Positions 43,908 to 54,417 of a stretch of 64,000 nucleotides of DNA are shown one piece after another. Numbering within the stretch: position 1 is the stretch's first letter; the number at the start of each line of letters is the position of its first letter. The DNA comes from an uncultured Actinomycetes bacterium. GTDB taxonomy: Bacteria > Actinomycetota > UBA4738 > JBBDTT01. A model generated the notes under the pieces. It saw only the letters and a program-made list of their open reading frames with translations. It searched no databases and had not been told where the DNA came from. The translations under genes and the position numbers were made by a program. The DNA is taken from NCBI GenBank assembly GCA_963742735.1, contig CAVUMN010000004.1, positions 1,344,001 through 1,408,000 of the forward strand, written 5' to 3'.

Positions 43908-45260
43908 ATGGATCGCGCCCCCCGGCCCTGGCCCGAGCTCGCGCTGTACGGAGGGTCCGCGGCGATCGCCCTGCTCGTGGCGCGCCACGACGCGATCCCC
44001 CTGATGCGTGACTGGGGGCGCGGCGCGTTCTGGCCCTATGCCCTGGGCGCGCTCATCGTGGCAGCCCTGGCCCTGGTCCGGAGATGGAGCGTCGCCGCGC
44101 GCGTCGCGGTGGCCGCCGGGGTGATCGCCGGAGCCGCGGTGGTGCCCACGGTCGCGCACGTCGTCCAGCGAGACGGGGAGGGTCGCCGCACCCACGCCCA
44201 ATCCGAGCTGCTGATCGTCGAGGAGTCGGGCCGGGCGTTCGCGCGGGGAGCGAACCCGTATGTCGTCTCGTTCGACTCGGGGCCGCTGGCGCCGTGGCCC
44301 CCGGGGACCCGGAGCCACGTGGCCTACCTCCCGGGGTCGTTCGTGTTCGGACTTCCCGCCGCCGTGGCGGACGGCTGGGCCGGAGACGCGCGGGTGTGGC
44401 TCGGGCTGGTCGGCGCCGGAGCCCTCGTCCTGGCCCTTCGCCGGTCGCGTGCCGGCGCCTCGCGCGCGGCGCTGGCGTGCGTCGTGCTCCTCGGCCTTCC
44501 GTTCGCGGCGCGCTCGATCACCGGCGGCGGCGCCGACGTCACGATCCTCGCGATCATGTTGCTGTCCCTGGTGCTGGCCCGCGACCGGCGGCCCGTGGCG
44601 GCCGGCCTGGCGCTCGGGGCCGCCGCGGCGATGAAGCAGCTCGCGTGGCCGCTCCTCCCGTTCCTGCTGCTCGCCGCGCGCGACCGTTCGGGCCGGCCCG
44701 CCTGGGGGCGGATGGCGGCGGCCGCCGGAGCGGTGGTCGTTCCCGTCGTGGTCCCGTTCGCGGCGTGGGACGTCGGCGCGTTCGTCGAGGACGTCGTTCG
44801 CTTCCCGGTCGGGCTCGCCGGGCCGACCCCGGCGGGGGAGGCCACCGTCGGGGCCTGGCTGTCCGGCGTTCTGGGGCTGCCCCGGCTGTGGGTGGCCGTG
44901 GGCATGGGGATCGTGGTGGCGGGGGCCGGCACGGCGCTCCTGCTCCGCCGGCCCGTCCGTACCGCCGCCGCCGCGGCCGAGCGCGCCGCACTGCTGATCC
45001 TGCTCGCGACGGTCCTGGCGACGGCCGGCAGGCCCGGCTATCTGGTGTACCCGCTGAACCTGTTCGTGTGGAGCCGCCTCCTGCTCCGGGAAGGCGCGGG
45101 CGAGGCCGGGCTATCCTCCCGGCGTGAGCGAGGCGAAGCCGTGGCGAACGGCGATCTCGGAGGTCACGCCGGGATCGATCCGGGTCCGGGGGTACGACCT
45201 CCTGGAGCTGATCGGCAACCGCCCGTTCGGGGACGTCGTCTTCCTGCTCCTCTCCGGTGA
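43908..45260 (+). CDS. Polytopic GT-C (GT87-like) glycosyltransferase
   Basis: About 10 TM helices with NPY, YLP, D.R and MKQ.AW motifs. The last ~50 aa run into the next gene. Confidence 0.7.
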   Translation: MDRAPRPWPELALYGGSAAIALLVARHDAIPLMRDWGRGAFWPYALGALIVAALALVRRWSVAARVAVAAGVIAGAAVVPTVAHVVQRDGEGRRTHAQSELLIVEESGRAFARGANPYVVSFDSGPLAPWPPGTRSHVAYLPGSFVFGLPAAVADGWAGDARVWLGLVGAGALVLALRRSRAGASRAALACVVLLGLPFAARSITGGGADVTILAIMLLSLVLARDRRPVAAGLALGAAAAMKQLAWPLLPFLLLAARDRSGRPAWGRMAAAAGAVVVPVVVPFAAWDVGAFVEDVVRFPVGLAGPTPAGEATVGAWLSGVLGLPRLWVAVGMGIVVAGAGTALLLRRPVRTAAAAAERAALLILLATVLATAGRPGYLVYPLNLFVWSRLLLREGAGEAGLSSRRERGEAVANGDLGGHAGIDPGPGVRPPGADRQPPVRGRRLPAPLR

Positions 45261-45885
45261 GCTCCCGGCCGGCAACGAGGGCCGGCTGATCGACGCGATC
45301 CTGGTGGCGGCCGCGGAGCACTCCGTCCTGGCCCCGTCGGTGGACGCCGCGCGGTTCGCGGCCTCGGCGGGGGTTCCCCTGCAGGCCGCGGTCGCGGCCG
45401 GCGTGATCGGCTTGGGCGATCATCACGGCGGGGCCGTCGACGCCGGCGCGGAGCTGCTGATCGAGGCGGAGCGGGACGGCGTGCGCTCGGTCGCGGAACG
45501 GTACCGGGAGGCCGGGCGGCGCCTGCCCGGGTACGGCCACGCCATCCACGACCCGGACCCGCGCGCGGACCGCCTGCTCGAGGTCGCGTCGTCCCTGGGG
45601 CTCGCGGGGCGCCACGTCCGGACCGCACGGGAGCTGGCGGAGATCACCGAGCAGGTGTTCGGGCGGCGGCTCGACCTGAACATCGACGGGGCGATGTCCG
45701 CCCTGCTGCTGGAGCTGGGGCTCGACCCCGGCCTGGGCAAGGCCTTCTACGTGATCGCCCGGGCCCCGGGGTTCTGCGCGCACGTGTTCGAGGAGCAGAC
45801 GGCCGAGCGGCCGTACCGCGACGTCGGCTGGCAGAACGTCGAGTACACGGGGCCGCCTCACCGCGACCTTCCCGAGACCGAGTAG
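45124..45885 (+). CDS. Citryl-CoA lyase-like protein (citrate synthase family)
   Basis: W.TAIS, RGYDL..LIG, AEH..PS, HGGA, PGYGH..H.DPR and LNIDG motifs. Confidence 0.85.
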   Translation: MSEAKPWRTAISEVTPGSIRVRGYDLLELIGNRPFGDVVFLLLSGELPAGNEGRLIDAILVAAAEHSVLAPSVDAARFAASAGVPLQAAVAAGVIGLGDHHGGAVDAGAELLIEAERDGVRSVAERYREAGRRLPGYGHAIHDPDPRADRLLEVASSLGLAGRHVRTARELAEITEQVFGRRLDLNIDGAMSALLLELGLDPGLGKAFYVIARAPGFCAHVFEEQTAERPYRDVGWQNVEYTGPPHRDLPETE

Positions 45886-45956
45886 AAGTCGGTCACTCAG
45901 CGCGAGTAGGATCACGCAGCCTGGGCGGGCCGGGCACCATCCGGAAGGAGCACGCA

Positions 45957-47876
45957 ATGCGGCGTTGGGCCCTGTTTCTGACCCTGTGCATGATCGCCAT
46001 TCTGCCGTTCGCGCCTGCCGCGTCGGCGGCGTCGTACGACCACCTCGCCCCCGGGGAGACCGCGAACCTGAACGAGGAGGTACCGGTCAACTTCGTGTTC
46101 GTGGGCTACGAGCCCGGCCAGGTGAGCCAGTCCGCGTTCCTGGCCGAGCTTCCCTCGACGTACCGGACCGTGGTGCGTTCCCGGCTCTGGTACGGAGTGA
46201 CCGAGCACCTCGGGGTGAACTACACCTACGACTTCGACGTCACCTACACCGATGCGGCCTTCGAGAACTCCCTCTTCGGCGCGCTGACCGGGCTGGCGAA
46301 GCCGCAGTCCACGGTCGACGGGCTCACCCGAACGCTCTTCCAGGAGGACTACAACAACCAGGTCCACAACATCCTCAACGTCGGGACGAACTACTTCATC
46401 GACGCGCCGACGGTCGAGAAGTGGCTGATCGACCACGCCCCGGCGGGGGTCAACACCCGCGAGGACACGGTCTTCTTCATCAACTGGTGGGGCCGCCCCG
46501 ACTTCAAGTTCCACACGTACACGAAGTTCGGCGAGCCCGACCCGGACACGGGGAACGACTTCGGGAAGGTCCGCCAGAGCCGAAAGATCATCGCGTGGGG
46601 CGGCACCACCGCGGCCGACGAGGAGACCGGCCTCGGTTCCCGGGGTACGCACCGGGTATGGTTCCACGACCTGTCGGCCGGGCCCGACCTCTGGAACGGC
46701 GGCTGGAACGTCGACGACGCCGACCTCGACTTCGACGGCATCGCGGACTACCGGCTGCCGCCCATCTGGGAGTACGCGCAGACCGGGTACCGGCGAATGA
46801 GCAAGCTGGCCGGCGACCTTGGCAAGCTGGCGCGCTACTCGGCCCTCGACACCCTGTTCACGACGTCGCCGCTCTACCCGCCGGAGATCAGCCCGCCGCG
46901 TCTGCCGAGGTCGATCAACCTGGACCTCAACACCTACGAGGGGTGGAAGGGCGTCAACGCCTCGCTGAAGTACCAGACGACGGGACTCCTGGTGGCGGAG
47001 GAGCGCGAGCTCGACCGCCGGACCTACACGGTGGACCAGCAGGACGTGCCGTTCCTGGGCACCAAGTCCGAGGAGTGTTACCGCAAGTGGCTTCGCGACC
47101 AGGTCTGCTATCCGGCCTATCCCTATCCGCCGTTCGCGAACCTGTTCCTGGACAACGCCCTCAACCTCGACCGGGTCCGTGACGGCGGCGGGGACTACGA
47201 AGGGCTGCTCTTCAACTACGCGACCGGAGTCAAGCAGAGCGCTCCGCTCCTCGGGTTCGCCGACGACAACTACCTCGACGGCACCCAGAGCGGCGTCTTC
47301 AACTTCGTCGCGCCGGACATCGTGGCGGCGGGCTACGGCCTGACCACCACCCAGATCCACGAGTTCGGGCACCACCTCGGGATGAGCCACCCCCACGACG
47401 GCTACGACTCCGAGACCGGCCGCGACTTCGAACCCACGGGCTCGCTGTTCTTCGCGTGGGCCGGCGACCAGACGAACTCGATGATGAGCTACATCGACGT
47501 GAACTGGGACTTCAGCCAGTTCGACCAGGACAACTACAACCGGTTCGCGGCGGCGGCGTACATCACGAACGCGAACGCCATCGCGGCGGACATCCTCGAC
47601 GATCCCGACTCGGCGGCGGCCGCGGACGAGCTCGCTGCCGCCGACGCACGGATCGGGCAGGCCAAGGCCGCGCTGGCGGCGCACGACTACCGCGCCACGT
47701 GGGACCACGCGAAGGCGGCGTACGACCTGGTCCGCCAGGGCGCGGCGCAGGCGGGGGTGGAGGTCGTGGCGAGCGACAACGGGTGGACGGTCCTGCCCAA
47801 GACGCCGCTGGGCGATCGCAACGCCCGCAAGTACTCGTTCGTCGATCGCTACGTCGGCAACCGGGCAAAGCCCTAG
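45957..47876 (+). CDS. Secreted zinc metalloprotease-like protein
   Basis: Signal peptide (ASA), HEFGHHLGMSHPHD, and Met-turn SMMSY. Confidence 0.8.
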   Translation: MRRWALFLTLCMIAILPFAPAASAASYDHLAPGETANLNEEVPVNFVFVGYEPGQVSQSAFLAELPSTYRTVVRSRLWYGVTEHLGVNYTYDFDVTYTDAAFENSLFGALTGLAKPQSTVDGLTRTLFQEDYNNQVHNILNVGTNYFIDAPTVEKWLIDHAPAGVNTREDTVFFINWWGRPDFKFHTYTKFGEPDPDTGNDFGKVRQSRKIIAWGGTTAADEETGLGSRGTHRVWFHDLSAGPDLWNGGWNVDDADLDFDGIADYRLPPIWEYAQTGYRRMSKLAGDLGKLARYSALDTLFTTSPLYPPEISPPRLPRSINLDLNTYEGWKGVNASLKYQTTGLLVAEERELDRRTYTVDQQDVPFLGTKSEECYRKWLRDQVCYPAYPYPPFANLFLDNALNLDRVRDGGGDYEGLLFNYATGVKQSAPLLGFADDNYLDGTQSGVFNFVAPDIVAAGYGLTTTQIHEFGHHLGMSHPHDGYDSETGRDFEPTGSLFFAWAGDQTNSMMSYIDVNWDFSQFDQDNYNRFAAAAYITNANAIAADILDDPDSAAAADELAAADARIGQAKAALAAHDYRATWDHAKAAYDLVRQGAAQAGVEVVASDNGWTVLPKTPLGDRNARKYSFVDRYVGNRAKP

Positions 47877-47893
47877 GACGCTATGGAGGCGAA

Positions 47894-48757
47894 ATGAACC
47901 CTGAGGACGTGAAGACGGTCGGCGTGCTGGGCTGCGGGATCATGGGCTCCGGCATCGTCGAGGTGGTGGCGAAGGCAGGCGCCGACGTGATCTACGTCGA
48001 GCGCACCGAGGACCGGGTTGAGCGCGGCCAGAAGTCGATCGAGAAGAGCCTGGGCAAGGCCGTGGAGAAGGGCAAGCTCGAGGAGGCCGAGCGCGACGGC
48101 ATCCTCGGGCGGATCAAGGGGACCGTGAACGTCGACGACCTCGCCGGCGTCGACCTGGTCATCGAGGCGGTCACCGAGGACCTCGACACCAAGGTCGAGC
48201 TGTTCCAGCGGCTGGACGAGATCACCAACCCGGAGGTCGTCCTGGCCTCGAACACGTCCTCGCTTCCGCTCGTGCAGATGGCTACCACCACGAAGCGGCC
48301 CGACAAGGTCATCGGGATGCACTTCTTCAACCCGCCGCCGGTCATGAAGCTGCTGGAGCTCGTCAAGTCGATCACCACCTCGGACGAGACCGTCGAGTTC
48401 GCGAGGGCCTACGGCGAGAAGCTCGGCAAGACGACCGTCCTGGCGAAGGACCGGGCCGGCTTCATCGTCAACCTCCTGCTGACGAGCTACCTGAACGCGG
48501 CGGTGAAGATGTACGAGGAGGGGTTCGCCACCAAGGAGGACATCGACACCGCGATCAAGCTCGGCCTCGGGCATCCGATGGGGCCGCTCGAGCTGCTCGA
48601 CCTGATCGGGATCGACACGATGCTCTCGGTGGGCGACGTCCTCTACGACGAGTTCAAGTCGCCCGAGTTCGCCCCGCCGCCTCTGGCGCGGCGGATGGTC
48701 CAGGCGGGCTTCCTGGGGCGCAAGACCGGCAAGGGCTTCTACGACTACTCGAAGTAG
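47894..48757 (+). CDS. 3-hydroxybutyryl-CoA dehydrogenase
   Basis: GCGIMGSG, IEAVTE, ASNTSS, GMHFFNP, HPMGP and GRKTGKGFYDY motifs. Confidence 0.93.
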   Translation: MNPEDVKTVGVLGCGIMGSGIVEVVAKAGADVIYVERTEDRVERGQKSIEKSLGKAVEKGKLEEAERDGILGRIKGTVNVDDLAGVDLVIEAVTEDLDTKVELFQRLDEITNPEVVLASNTSSLPLVQMATTTKRPDKVIGMHFFNPPPVMKLLELVKSITTSDETVEFARAYGEKLGKTTVLAKDRAGFIVNLLLTSYLNAAVKMYEEGFATKEDIDTAIKLGLGHPMGPLELLDLIGIDTMLSVGDVLYDEFKSPEFAPPPLARRMVQAGFLGRKTGKGFYDYSK

Positions 48758-48761
48758 ACCC

Positions 48762-49598
48762 GTGCTCGCGATCGACCTGCACGTCCACCTCCCCACGGAG
48801 GAGTGGCTCTCCCGGGCGATCGGGCCGCACCTGGAGGCGACCGAGCGCTACTTCCGGAACGCGCCGCCAAGGCGTTCCATCGAGGAGGTCGCGGCCGAGT
48901 ACGCCGAGCGAGACATCCTCGGTGTCGTCCTGGACTGGGACGACGAGTCGGTGACGGGCCGGGGGTGGCTGGGCAACGAGTACCTCGCGGGGCTCTCGGA
49001 GAGGTTCCCGGGCGTCCTGATGGGGTTCGGCTCGGTCGACCCCCACGCGCGGGACGCCGGCGACCGGGTCCGTGCGGCCGCGGACCTCGGGCTGAAGGGG
49101 TTGAAGTTCCACCCGACCATGCAGGCGTTCGATCCGGGAGCGTCGGAGTTCGCGCCGATCTGGTCGGCGTGCGAGGAGCGGGGGCTGGTGTGCCTGTTCC
49201 ACACCGGCACGTGCGGGATCGGGGCGGGCACGCCGGGGGCGGGCGGAACGAAGATCCGGTACTCGCACCCGGGGTTCCTGGACTCGATCGGCGCCGACTT
49301 CCCGGGCGTGACCTTCCTGGCCGCGCACTTCGGGTGGCCCTGGTACCAGGAGGCCCTGGCCATCGCGCTGCACAAGGCGAACGTGTGGATCGAGCTCTCC
49401 GGGTGGGCGCCGAAGTACCTGCCGCCGGAGGTCGTCCGCGAGTCGGGCCGGCGCCTGAACGATCGAACGGTGTTCGGGAGCGACTACCCGTTCATCTCCC
49501 TGGACCGGTGGTTCGAGGAGGCCGAGGCGCTGCCGTGGAGTCCCGAGGCACGGCGGTCGATCCTGGTCGACAACGCCTCGAGGCTCCTGGGCCTCTAG
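48762..49598 (+). CDS. Amidohydrolase_2 family protein
   Basis: D.H.H, KFHP, FHTG, AHFGWPW, SGWAPKY and FGSDYP motifs. Confidence 0.88.
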   Translation: MLAIDLHVHLPTEEWLSRAIGPHLEATERYFRNAPPRRSIEEVAAEYAERDILGVVLDWDDESVTGRGWLGNEYLAGLSERFPGVLMGFGSVDPHARDAGDRVRAAADLGLKGLKFHPTMQAFDPGASEFAPIWSACEERGLVCLFHTGTCGIGAGTPGAGGTKIRYSHPGFLDSIGADFPGVTFLAAHFGWPWYQEALAIALHKANVWIELSGWAPKYLPPEVVRESGRRLNDRTVFGSDYPFISLDRWFEEAEALPWSPEARRSILVDNASRLLGL

Positions 49599-50506
49599 CG
49601 CCGGCCCAGCCGTCCGCGAACGTACCCGGTCAGCTTCGCCGCGTCGACGAATGCCATGAGCGCCGGCACCGCGAACATCGAGGTGGCGCGGTCGAGCGGC
49701 TGGCCCTCGAACGCGCGCCAGGCCCGGTTGATCGGGCGATAGGCGTACAGAAAGCCCGCCGTGAGCAGGGCGGCGCGCCTCACCCTCCCGCCCCTGCGCC
49801 ACAGGCGCGGAGCGGCCAGATAGACGCTCGCTCGGAGCGCGTGGCGTCCGGGGTGCATCCCGGCGACGGCGTCGCCCGTGGCGTAGTTCGCGTACTGACG
49901 CCACGTGGCGGCCAAGCCGGGGCGAACGGGCCACCACACCAACGCCTCGGGGACGAACTCCATCCGCATCCCGAGCTCCCGCCAGCGATGGTTGACCCAC
50001 ATGTCCTCGCCGAAATCGAGGTCCTCGGGGTAACCGCCGGAGGCCTCGATCGCCTCGCGCCGGAAGGCGACGGAGCGCGCGGAGGGCATGAACGAGTTGT
50101 CGTCGAACTCGTCGGCCTCCTTCACCAGCGTCGCCGCGCAGGCCTCGAAGAACGTCGTGGGGGCCGGGCGGTAGAAGCCCATGGCGACGTCGGCCCCCGT
50201 CTCCAGCGGCGCGAGGATCTGCTCGAGCCAGTCCGGGGCCATCGCGCAGTCGGGGTCGGTCACCGCGATCACGTCGTGGGCGGCGGCTCGGATGGCCGCG
50301 TTGCGGCCCCGGGCGATGTTCGCGCCCGGCTCGGAGATCACGGTGACTCCCTCGGCCGCCTCCAGCGCCTCACGCGTCCCGTCCGTGGAGCCGCCGTCGA
50401 CGATCACGACCTCGTCGGGGGCACGCGTCTGGGCCTTGAGCGACCGCAGGAACGCGTCGATGGCCGGTCCGGCGTTCTTCACCGTGCCCACCAGCGAGAC
50501 CTTCAC
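49595..50506 (-). CDS. Family 2 glycosyltransferase
   Basis: VDGGSTDGT, NIARGRN, TDPD and GED motifs. GTG 50506 overlaps the GT4 stop. Confidence 0.88.
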   Translation of the reverse strand: MKVSLVGTVKNAGPAIDAFLRSLKAQTRAPDEVVIVDGGSTDGTREALEAAEGVTVISEPGANIARGRNAAIRAAAHDVIAVTDPDCAMAPDWLEQILAPLETGADVAMGFYRPAPTTFFEACAATLVKEADEFDDNSFMPSARSVAFRREAIEASGGYPEDLDFGEDMWVNHRWRELGMRMEFVPEALVWWPVRPGLAATWRQYANYATGDAVAGMHPGRHALRASVYLAAPRLWRRGGRVRRAALLTAGFLYAYRPINRAWRAFEGQPLDRATSMFAVPALMAFVDAAKLTGYVRGRLGRR

Positions 50507-51609
50507 TTGTCGTACACCTGCAGCGTCAGACGGGCGGTCTCCGCCCACGAGAACCGCTCGGCGCGCTCGAGGCCGGCTCGCCGCAGCGACTCCGCGCGGT
50601 CCGGCTCCAGGACGCCGGCGATCGCCTCGGCGATGTCGGGCACCGAGTTCGGGTCGACGAGCAACGCCGCGTCGCCCGCCACCTCCGGCAGCGAGGACAC
50701 GTTCGAGGTCACGGTGGGGACGCCCCGGCTCATCGCCTCGAGGACCGGCAGCCCGAACCCCTCGTACACCGACGGGTAGACGAACGCCGACGCGCCCCGG
50801 TACAGCGCGTCCAGGTCGCCGTGGCCGGCGCGTCCGGTGAGCACGACGTCGCCGGGCCCGGCCAGGGCCAGCTCGCGGAGGAGGGACTGCCCGCCCCAGC
50901 CCATGGGGCCGGCCAGGACCAGGGAGTGGGGGAGGCCCGTCCCGGCGGCGCGGCGATAGGCGCGCACCAGGCGCACCAGGTTCTTGCGGGGCTCGAGGGT
51001 CCCCACGAACAGCAGGTACGGGCGGGAGACGCGCAGGCGCTCGAGGACCGGCTCGACGGGCTCCTCGGTCGCCGGCAGCCACGCGGCGAGGGGGATGACG
51101 TGGACGCGCGCCGGGTCGACCTTCGTCTCCTGCACGAGGTCCTCCGCCGTGTTTCGCGACACGGTGATGATCGCGTCCGCGCGGCGGACGGCGCGGCGCA
51201 GGCCCAGCCGGTACAGGTTCCGCCACGCCGGCGGGAACAGCCGGGGGAAGAGCCTGAACGCGAGGTCGTGGACGGTGACCACCAGGCGCTGGCGGGACCC
51301 GGCCGGGGGGAGGCCGACGCACGACGGAGCGTGCAGGACGTCGAGACCCGACAGCGACGTGGGCAGGCGGGGCCGCCCGGTGGTGTTCCACGCCGGGTAC
51401 AGCCGGCTGATGGGGTGCGGGAGCGGCTGGACCGGGAACGACCGCATCCACGGTTCGGGGAGCCCTCCGGGGAAGCGCGCGTGGAACAGGGTCAGGTCCA
51501 GCGAGGGGTCGGCGGCGGTCATCGCCGGGACCAGCTCCCGGACGTAGGTGCCGATCCCTCCCGGCGCGGAGAAGAATGGCTGGTCGGCCTGGAACGCGAC
51601 ACTGGTCAC
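50503..51609 (-). CDS. Family 4 glycosyltransferase
   Basis: GGIGTY, TVHDL, VGTLEPRKN and YPSVYEGFGLPVLEAM motifs. Confidence 0.92.
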   Translation of the reverse strand: MTSVAFQADQPFFSAPGGIGTYVRELVPAMTAADPSLDLTLFHARFPGGLPEPWMRSFPVQPLPHPISRLYPAWNTTGRPRLPTSLSGLDVLHAPSCVGLPPAGSRQRLVVTVHDLAFRLFPRLFPPAWRNLYRLGLRRAVRRADAIITVSRNTAEDLVQETKVDPARVHVIPLAAWLPATEEPVEPVLERLRVSRPYLLFVGTLEPRKNLVRLVRAYRRAAGTGLPHSLVLAGPMGWGGQSLLRELALAGPGDVVLTGRAGHGDLDALYRGASAFVYPSVYEGFGLPVLEAMSRGVPTVTSNVSSLPEVAGDAALLVDPNSVPDIAEAIAGVLEPDRAESLRRAGLERAERFSWAETARLTLQVYDK

Positions 51610-51941
51610 GCGAAGGCCTCCACGCACTCGCATCCGTCCGCGCCGACGTCCGCCGCGTGCTCGGTTCCGGGGTCGAGCTCGAGCCGGTCGCCGGGCCCGA
51701 GGAGCAGGTCGCCCTCCCGCGTGTGGAACGCGATCGAGCCGTCGTGGCAGAACAGCACCTTGCGGCGGTCGTGGGTGTGCCAGTCGAAGGTCGCTCCGGG
51801 GCCGGTGGCCCACCACCGCAGGCCGTCGGTGGCGTCCTCGCGCAGACGCGCCTCGAGCGCGTCGCGCAGGGGCGATTCGGATGTCGGGTTCGGGGTGTGG
51901 CGAGCGGCCAAAACGGCTCCTTGGTCGGTCTGCCGATCCAT
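51606..51941 (-). CDS. Cupin domain protein
   Basis: W.H.H and GD.L...PGTEH motifs. Confidence 0.8.
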   Translation of the reverse strand: MDRQTDQGAVLAARHTPNPTSESPLRDALEARLREDATDGLRWWATGPGATFDWHTHDRRKVLFCHDGSIAFHTREGDLLLGPGDRLELDPGTEHAADVGADGCECVEAFA

Positions 51942-51958
51942 ACCCTACCCTCGCCCGC

Positions 51959-53281
51959 ATGGCCGGTTCGCGAGCTCGAATCCTGGCGCCGCTGCGCCAC
52001 CGCGACTTTCGTCTGTGGACGGCGGGGGCAGGCGTGAGCCTGCTCGGCGACGGGATCTTCCTGGTGGCCCTGGCCTGGCAGGTCTACGACCTGTGGAGCG
52101 CGCCCGCGGCGTTCGCGATCGTGGGCGCCGTCTGGACGCTGCCCAACGTCGCCTTCCTGCTGCTCGGGGGCGTGGTCAGCGACCGCTTCGACCGGCGAAA
52201 GGTGATGGTCGCCGCCGACCTGGTTCGCGGCGTCGCCATCGGCGCGATCGGGTTCCTGTCGGCTACCGGTTCGATCCGCCTGTGGCACGTGTTCGTGGGC
52301 ATCGGGTTCATGGGGGTCGGCGACGCGTTCTTCAACCCCGCCTCGACCGCGATCGTCCCGGACCTGGTCCCGGAGGAGGACCTCACCCAGGCGAATGCGC
52401 TCGCCGGGATGCTCCGGCCGTTCATGCTGCGCTTCGCCGGGCCGGCCCTCGGCGGCGTCCTGGTCGGCACGGTCGGCGCGGGCTGGGCGCTGATAGCCGA
52501 CGCGGCCACCTTCGTGGTCTCGGCGATCGCCGTGAGCCGGATCGTGGCGCGGCCGGTCCACGTCCTCGAAGCCGGCGACCGAGGGACGACGAGGTTCCGC
52601 CGGGAGCTCGGGGAGGGGTGGGCGTTCGTGCGCCGCAGCCCATGGTGCTGGGCGACCCTGCTCGCCGCGCTCCTGAGCCTGCTCGCATTCTTCGGACCGC
52701 TCGAGGTCCTGCTGCCCTTCCTGGTCAAGGAGGTTCACCGGTGGACGCCGGAGACGCTCGGCCTGATCTTCGGGGCGGGCGGGGTGGGGGCGATCCTCGG
52801 GGCGCTGGTCCTCGGCCAGCGAGGACTCCCGAAGCGGATGGTCTCGTTCATGTACTGGTCGTGGGCGATCGGCGTCCTGTTGATCGCGGTGTTCGGGGTG
52901 ATGGCGCACGTCTGGCAGGCGGTCCTGGCCAGCTTCTTCATGCAGCTGCTCTTCCAGCTGGGGACCGTGGTGTGGGTCACCCTGATGCAGCGCCTGGTGC
53001 CCCGGCACCTGCTGGGCCGCGTGGTGAGCCTCGACTGGCTGGTCTCGATCGGCCTGGTCCCGCTGTCGTTCCTGCTGACGGCGCCGGCGGCGCAGCTGTT
53101 CGGTCCGCGCAACACGCTGATCGGCGGCGGGGTGTTCGCCGCGGTGGTGACGGCGTTCCTGCTGTTCGTCCCGGGGGTCCGCGACCCCGAGCGGCCCGAC
53201 ACGCCGCTGGGGGCTCAGATGACGCCGTCGTCCTCGAGCGCGGCGAGATCCTCGGCGGTCAGCCCGAGCTCCTCGCGGTAG
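51959..53281 (+). CDS. MFS transporter (EntS/DHA3-like)
   Basis: LRHRDFRL and GGVVSDRFDRRKVM motifs with about 12 TM helices. Start ATG 51959. Confidence 0.9.
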   Translation: MAGSRARILAPLRHRDFRLWTAGAGVSLLGDGIFLVALAWQVYDLWSAPAAFAIVGAVWTLPNVAFLLLGGVVSDRFDRRKVMVAADLVRGVAIGAIGFLSATGSIRLWHVFVGIGFMGVGDAFFNPASTAIVPDLVPEEDLTQANALAGMLRPFMLRFAGPALGGVLVGTVGAGWALIADAATFVVSAIAVSRIVARPVHVLEAGDRGTTRFRRELGEGWAFVRRSPWCWATLLAALLSLLAFFGPLEVLLPFLVKEVHRWTPETLGLIFGAGGVGAILGALVLGQRGLPKRMVSFMYWSWAIGVLLIAVFGVMAHVWQAVLASFFMQLLFQLGTVVWVTLMQRLVPRHLLGRVVSLDWLVSIGLVPLSFLLTAPAAQLFGPRNTLIGGGVFAAVVTAFLLFVPGVRDPERPDTPLGAQMTPSSSSAARSSAVSPSSSR

Positions 53282-54417
53282 ACGGCGTCGTTGGCCGATC
53301 CCTTCGGCAGGCCGGCGTGGCGGATCCGGCCGGGCGTCTCGGACAGCCGCGGCTGCACGTCGGGGAGCAGGACGTCGCCGAGCTCCTCGTCGGGGACCCG
53401 CACGAGGGTCCCGCGGGCCTGGTACTGGACGTCGGCCACGATCTGGGCGATGTCGTAGATCGGCGCGACGGCCGCCTCGCGCGCCTCGAACGCGGCCATG
53501 ACGTCCTGCAGGCTGTGGGCCGCCATCCACTCGCCGATGACGGCGTCGAGCTCCTCGACGTTCGCCACGCGGGCCTCGTTGGTGGCGAACCGCGGGTCGC
53601 GGGCGAGCTCGGGGCGCCCGATCGCCGCCAGGATCCGCTCGGCCACCGACGGGGACGTGCCCGAGAGCGCCACCCACCGCCCGTCGGCGGTCTCGTAGGC
53701 GCCGCGGGGGGCGGCGTAGGGCATCCGGTTGCCGTGCCGCCCCTGGACCAGGCCGAGCTTGTCGTGGACGGTGGCCACCGGGCCGGTGGCCCGGAACAGG
53801 GACTCGAACAGGGACAGGTCGATGACCTGGCCGGGTCCACCGCCGGCGTCGCGGTGATACAGGGCGACCATGACGGCGAACGCGCCGAGGAGCGCGCTCG
53901 TCTCGTCGGCCAGCGCGACCGGCGGCAGGACCGGGGGCTGGTCGGGGAACCCGGTGAGGTGGACGTAGCCGGACAGGGCCTCGGCGAGGGTCCCGAACCC
54001 GGGCCGGCGGCGGTACGGGCCGGTCTGGCCGAAGCCGGACGTGCGCATGACGATCAGGCGCGGGTTGCACTCGAGCAGCCGGTCCGGTCCCAGGTTCCAG
54101 TCCTCGAGCGTGCCCGGCCGGAACGACTCGACCAGCACGTCCGCCGTCTCGACCAGCCGGAGCAGGAGCTCCTGGCCGCGCGGGTCGGACAGGTTCAGCG
54201 TCACCGGGCGCTTGTTGCGTCCGAGGAGCTTCCACCACAGCCCGACGCCGGCGACCTTCCAGCCGAGGTTGCGCGCGGTGTCCCCGGTCCGCGGGTGCTC
54301 GACCTTGATCACGTCGGCCCCGAAGTCGCCGAGGTGCGAGGCGATCCCCGGCCCGGCGATGATCGTCGCCACGTCGATGACCCGAACGCCCTCGAGGGGC
54401 AGCTTGGCCTCGGTCAC
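53215..54417 (-). CDS. Family III CoA-transferase (CaiB/BaiF)
   Basis: PLEGVRVID, AGP, GADVIKVE, RNK, ESFRPG and SGFGQTGPY motifs. Confidence 0.92.
   Translation of the reverse strand: MTEAKLPLEGVRVIDVATIIAGPGIASHLGDFGADVIKVEHPRTGDTARNLGWKVAGVGLWWKLLGRNKRPVTLNLSDPRGQELLLRLVETADVLVESFRPGTLEDWNLGPDRLLECNPRLIVMRTSGFGQTGPYRRRPGFGTLAEALSGYVHLTGFPDQPPVLPPVALADETSALLGAFAVMVALYHRDAGGGPGQVIDLSLFESLFRATGPVATVHDKLGLVQGRHGNRMPYAAPRGAYETADGRWVALSGTSPSVAERILAAIGRPELARDPRFATNEARVANVEELDAVIGEWMAAHSLQDVMAAFEAREAAVAPIYDIAQIVADVQYQARGTLVRVPDEELGDVLLPDVQPRLSETPGRIRHAGLPKGSANDAVYREELGLTAEDLAALEDDGVI

Noticed and set aside
45124-45885. Reverse TCA cycle inferred from the citryl-CoA lyase-like gene
   Set aside because: No citryl-CoA synthetase or ferredoxin oxidoreductases are in the window, and this family is common in heterotrophs.
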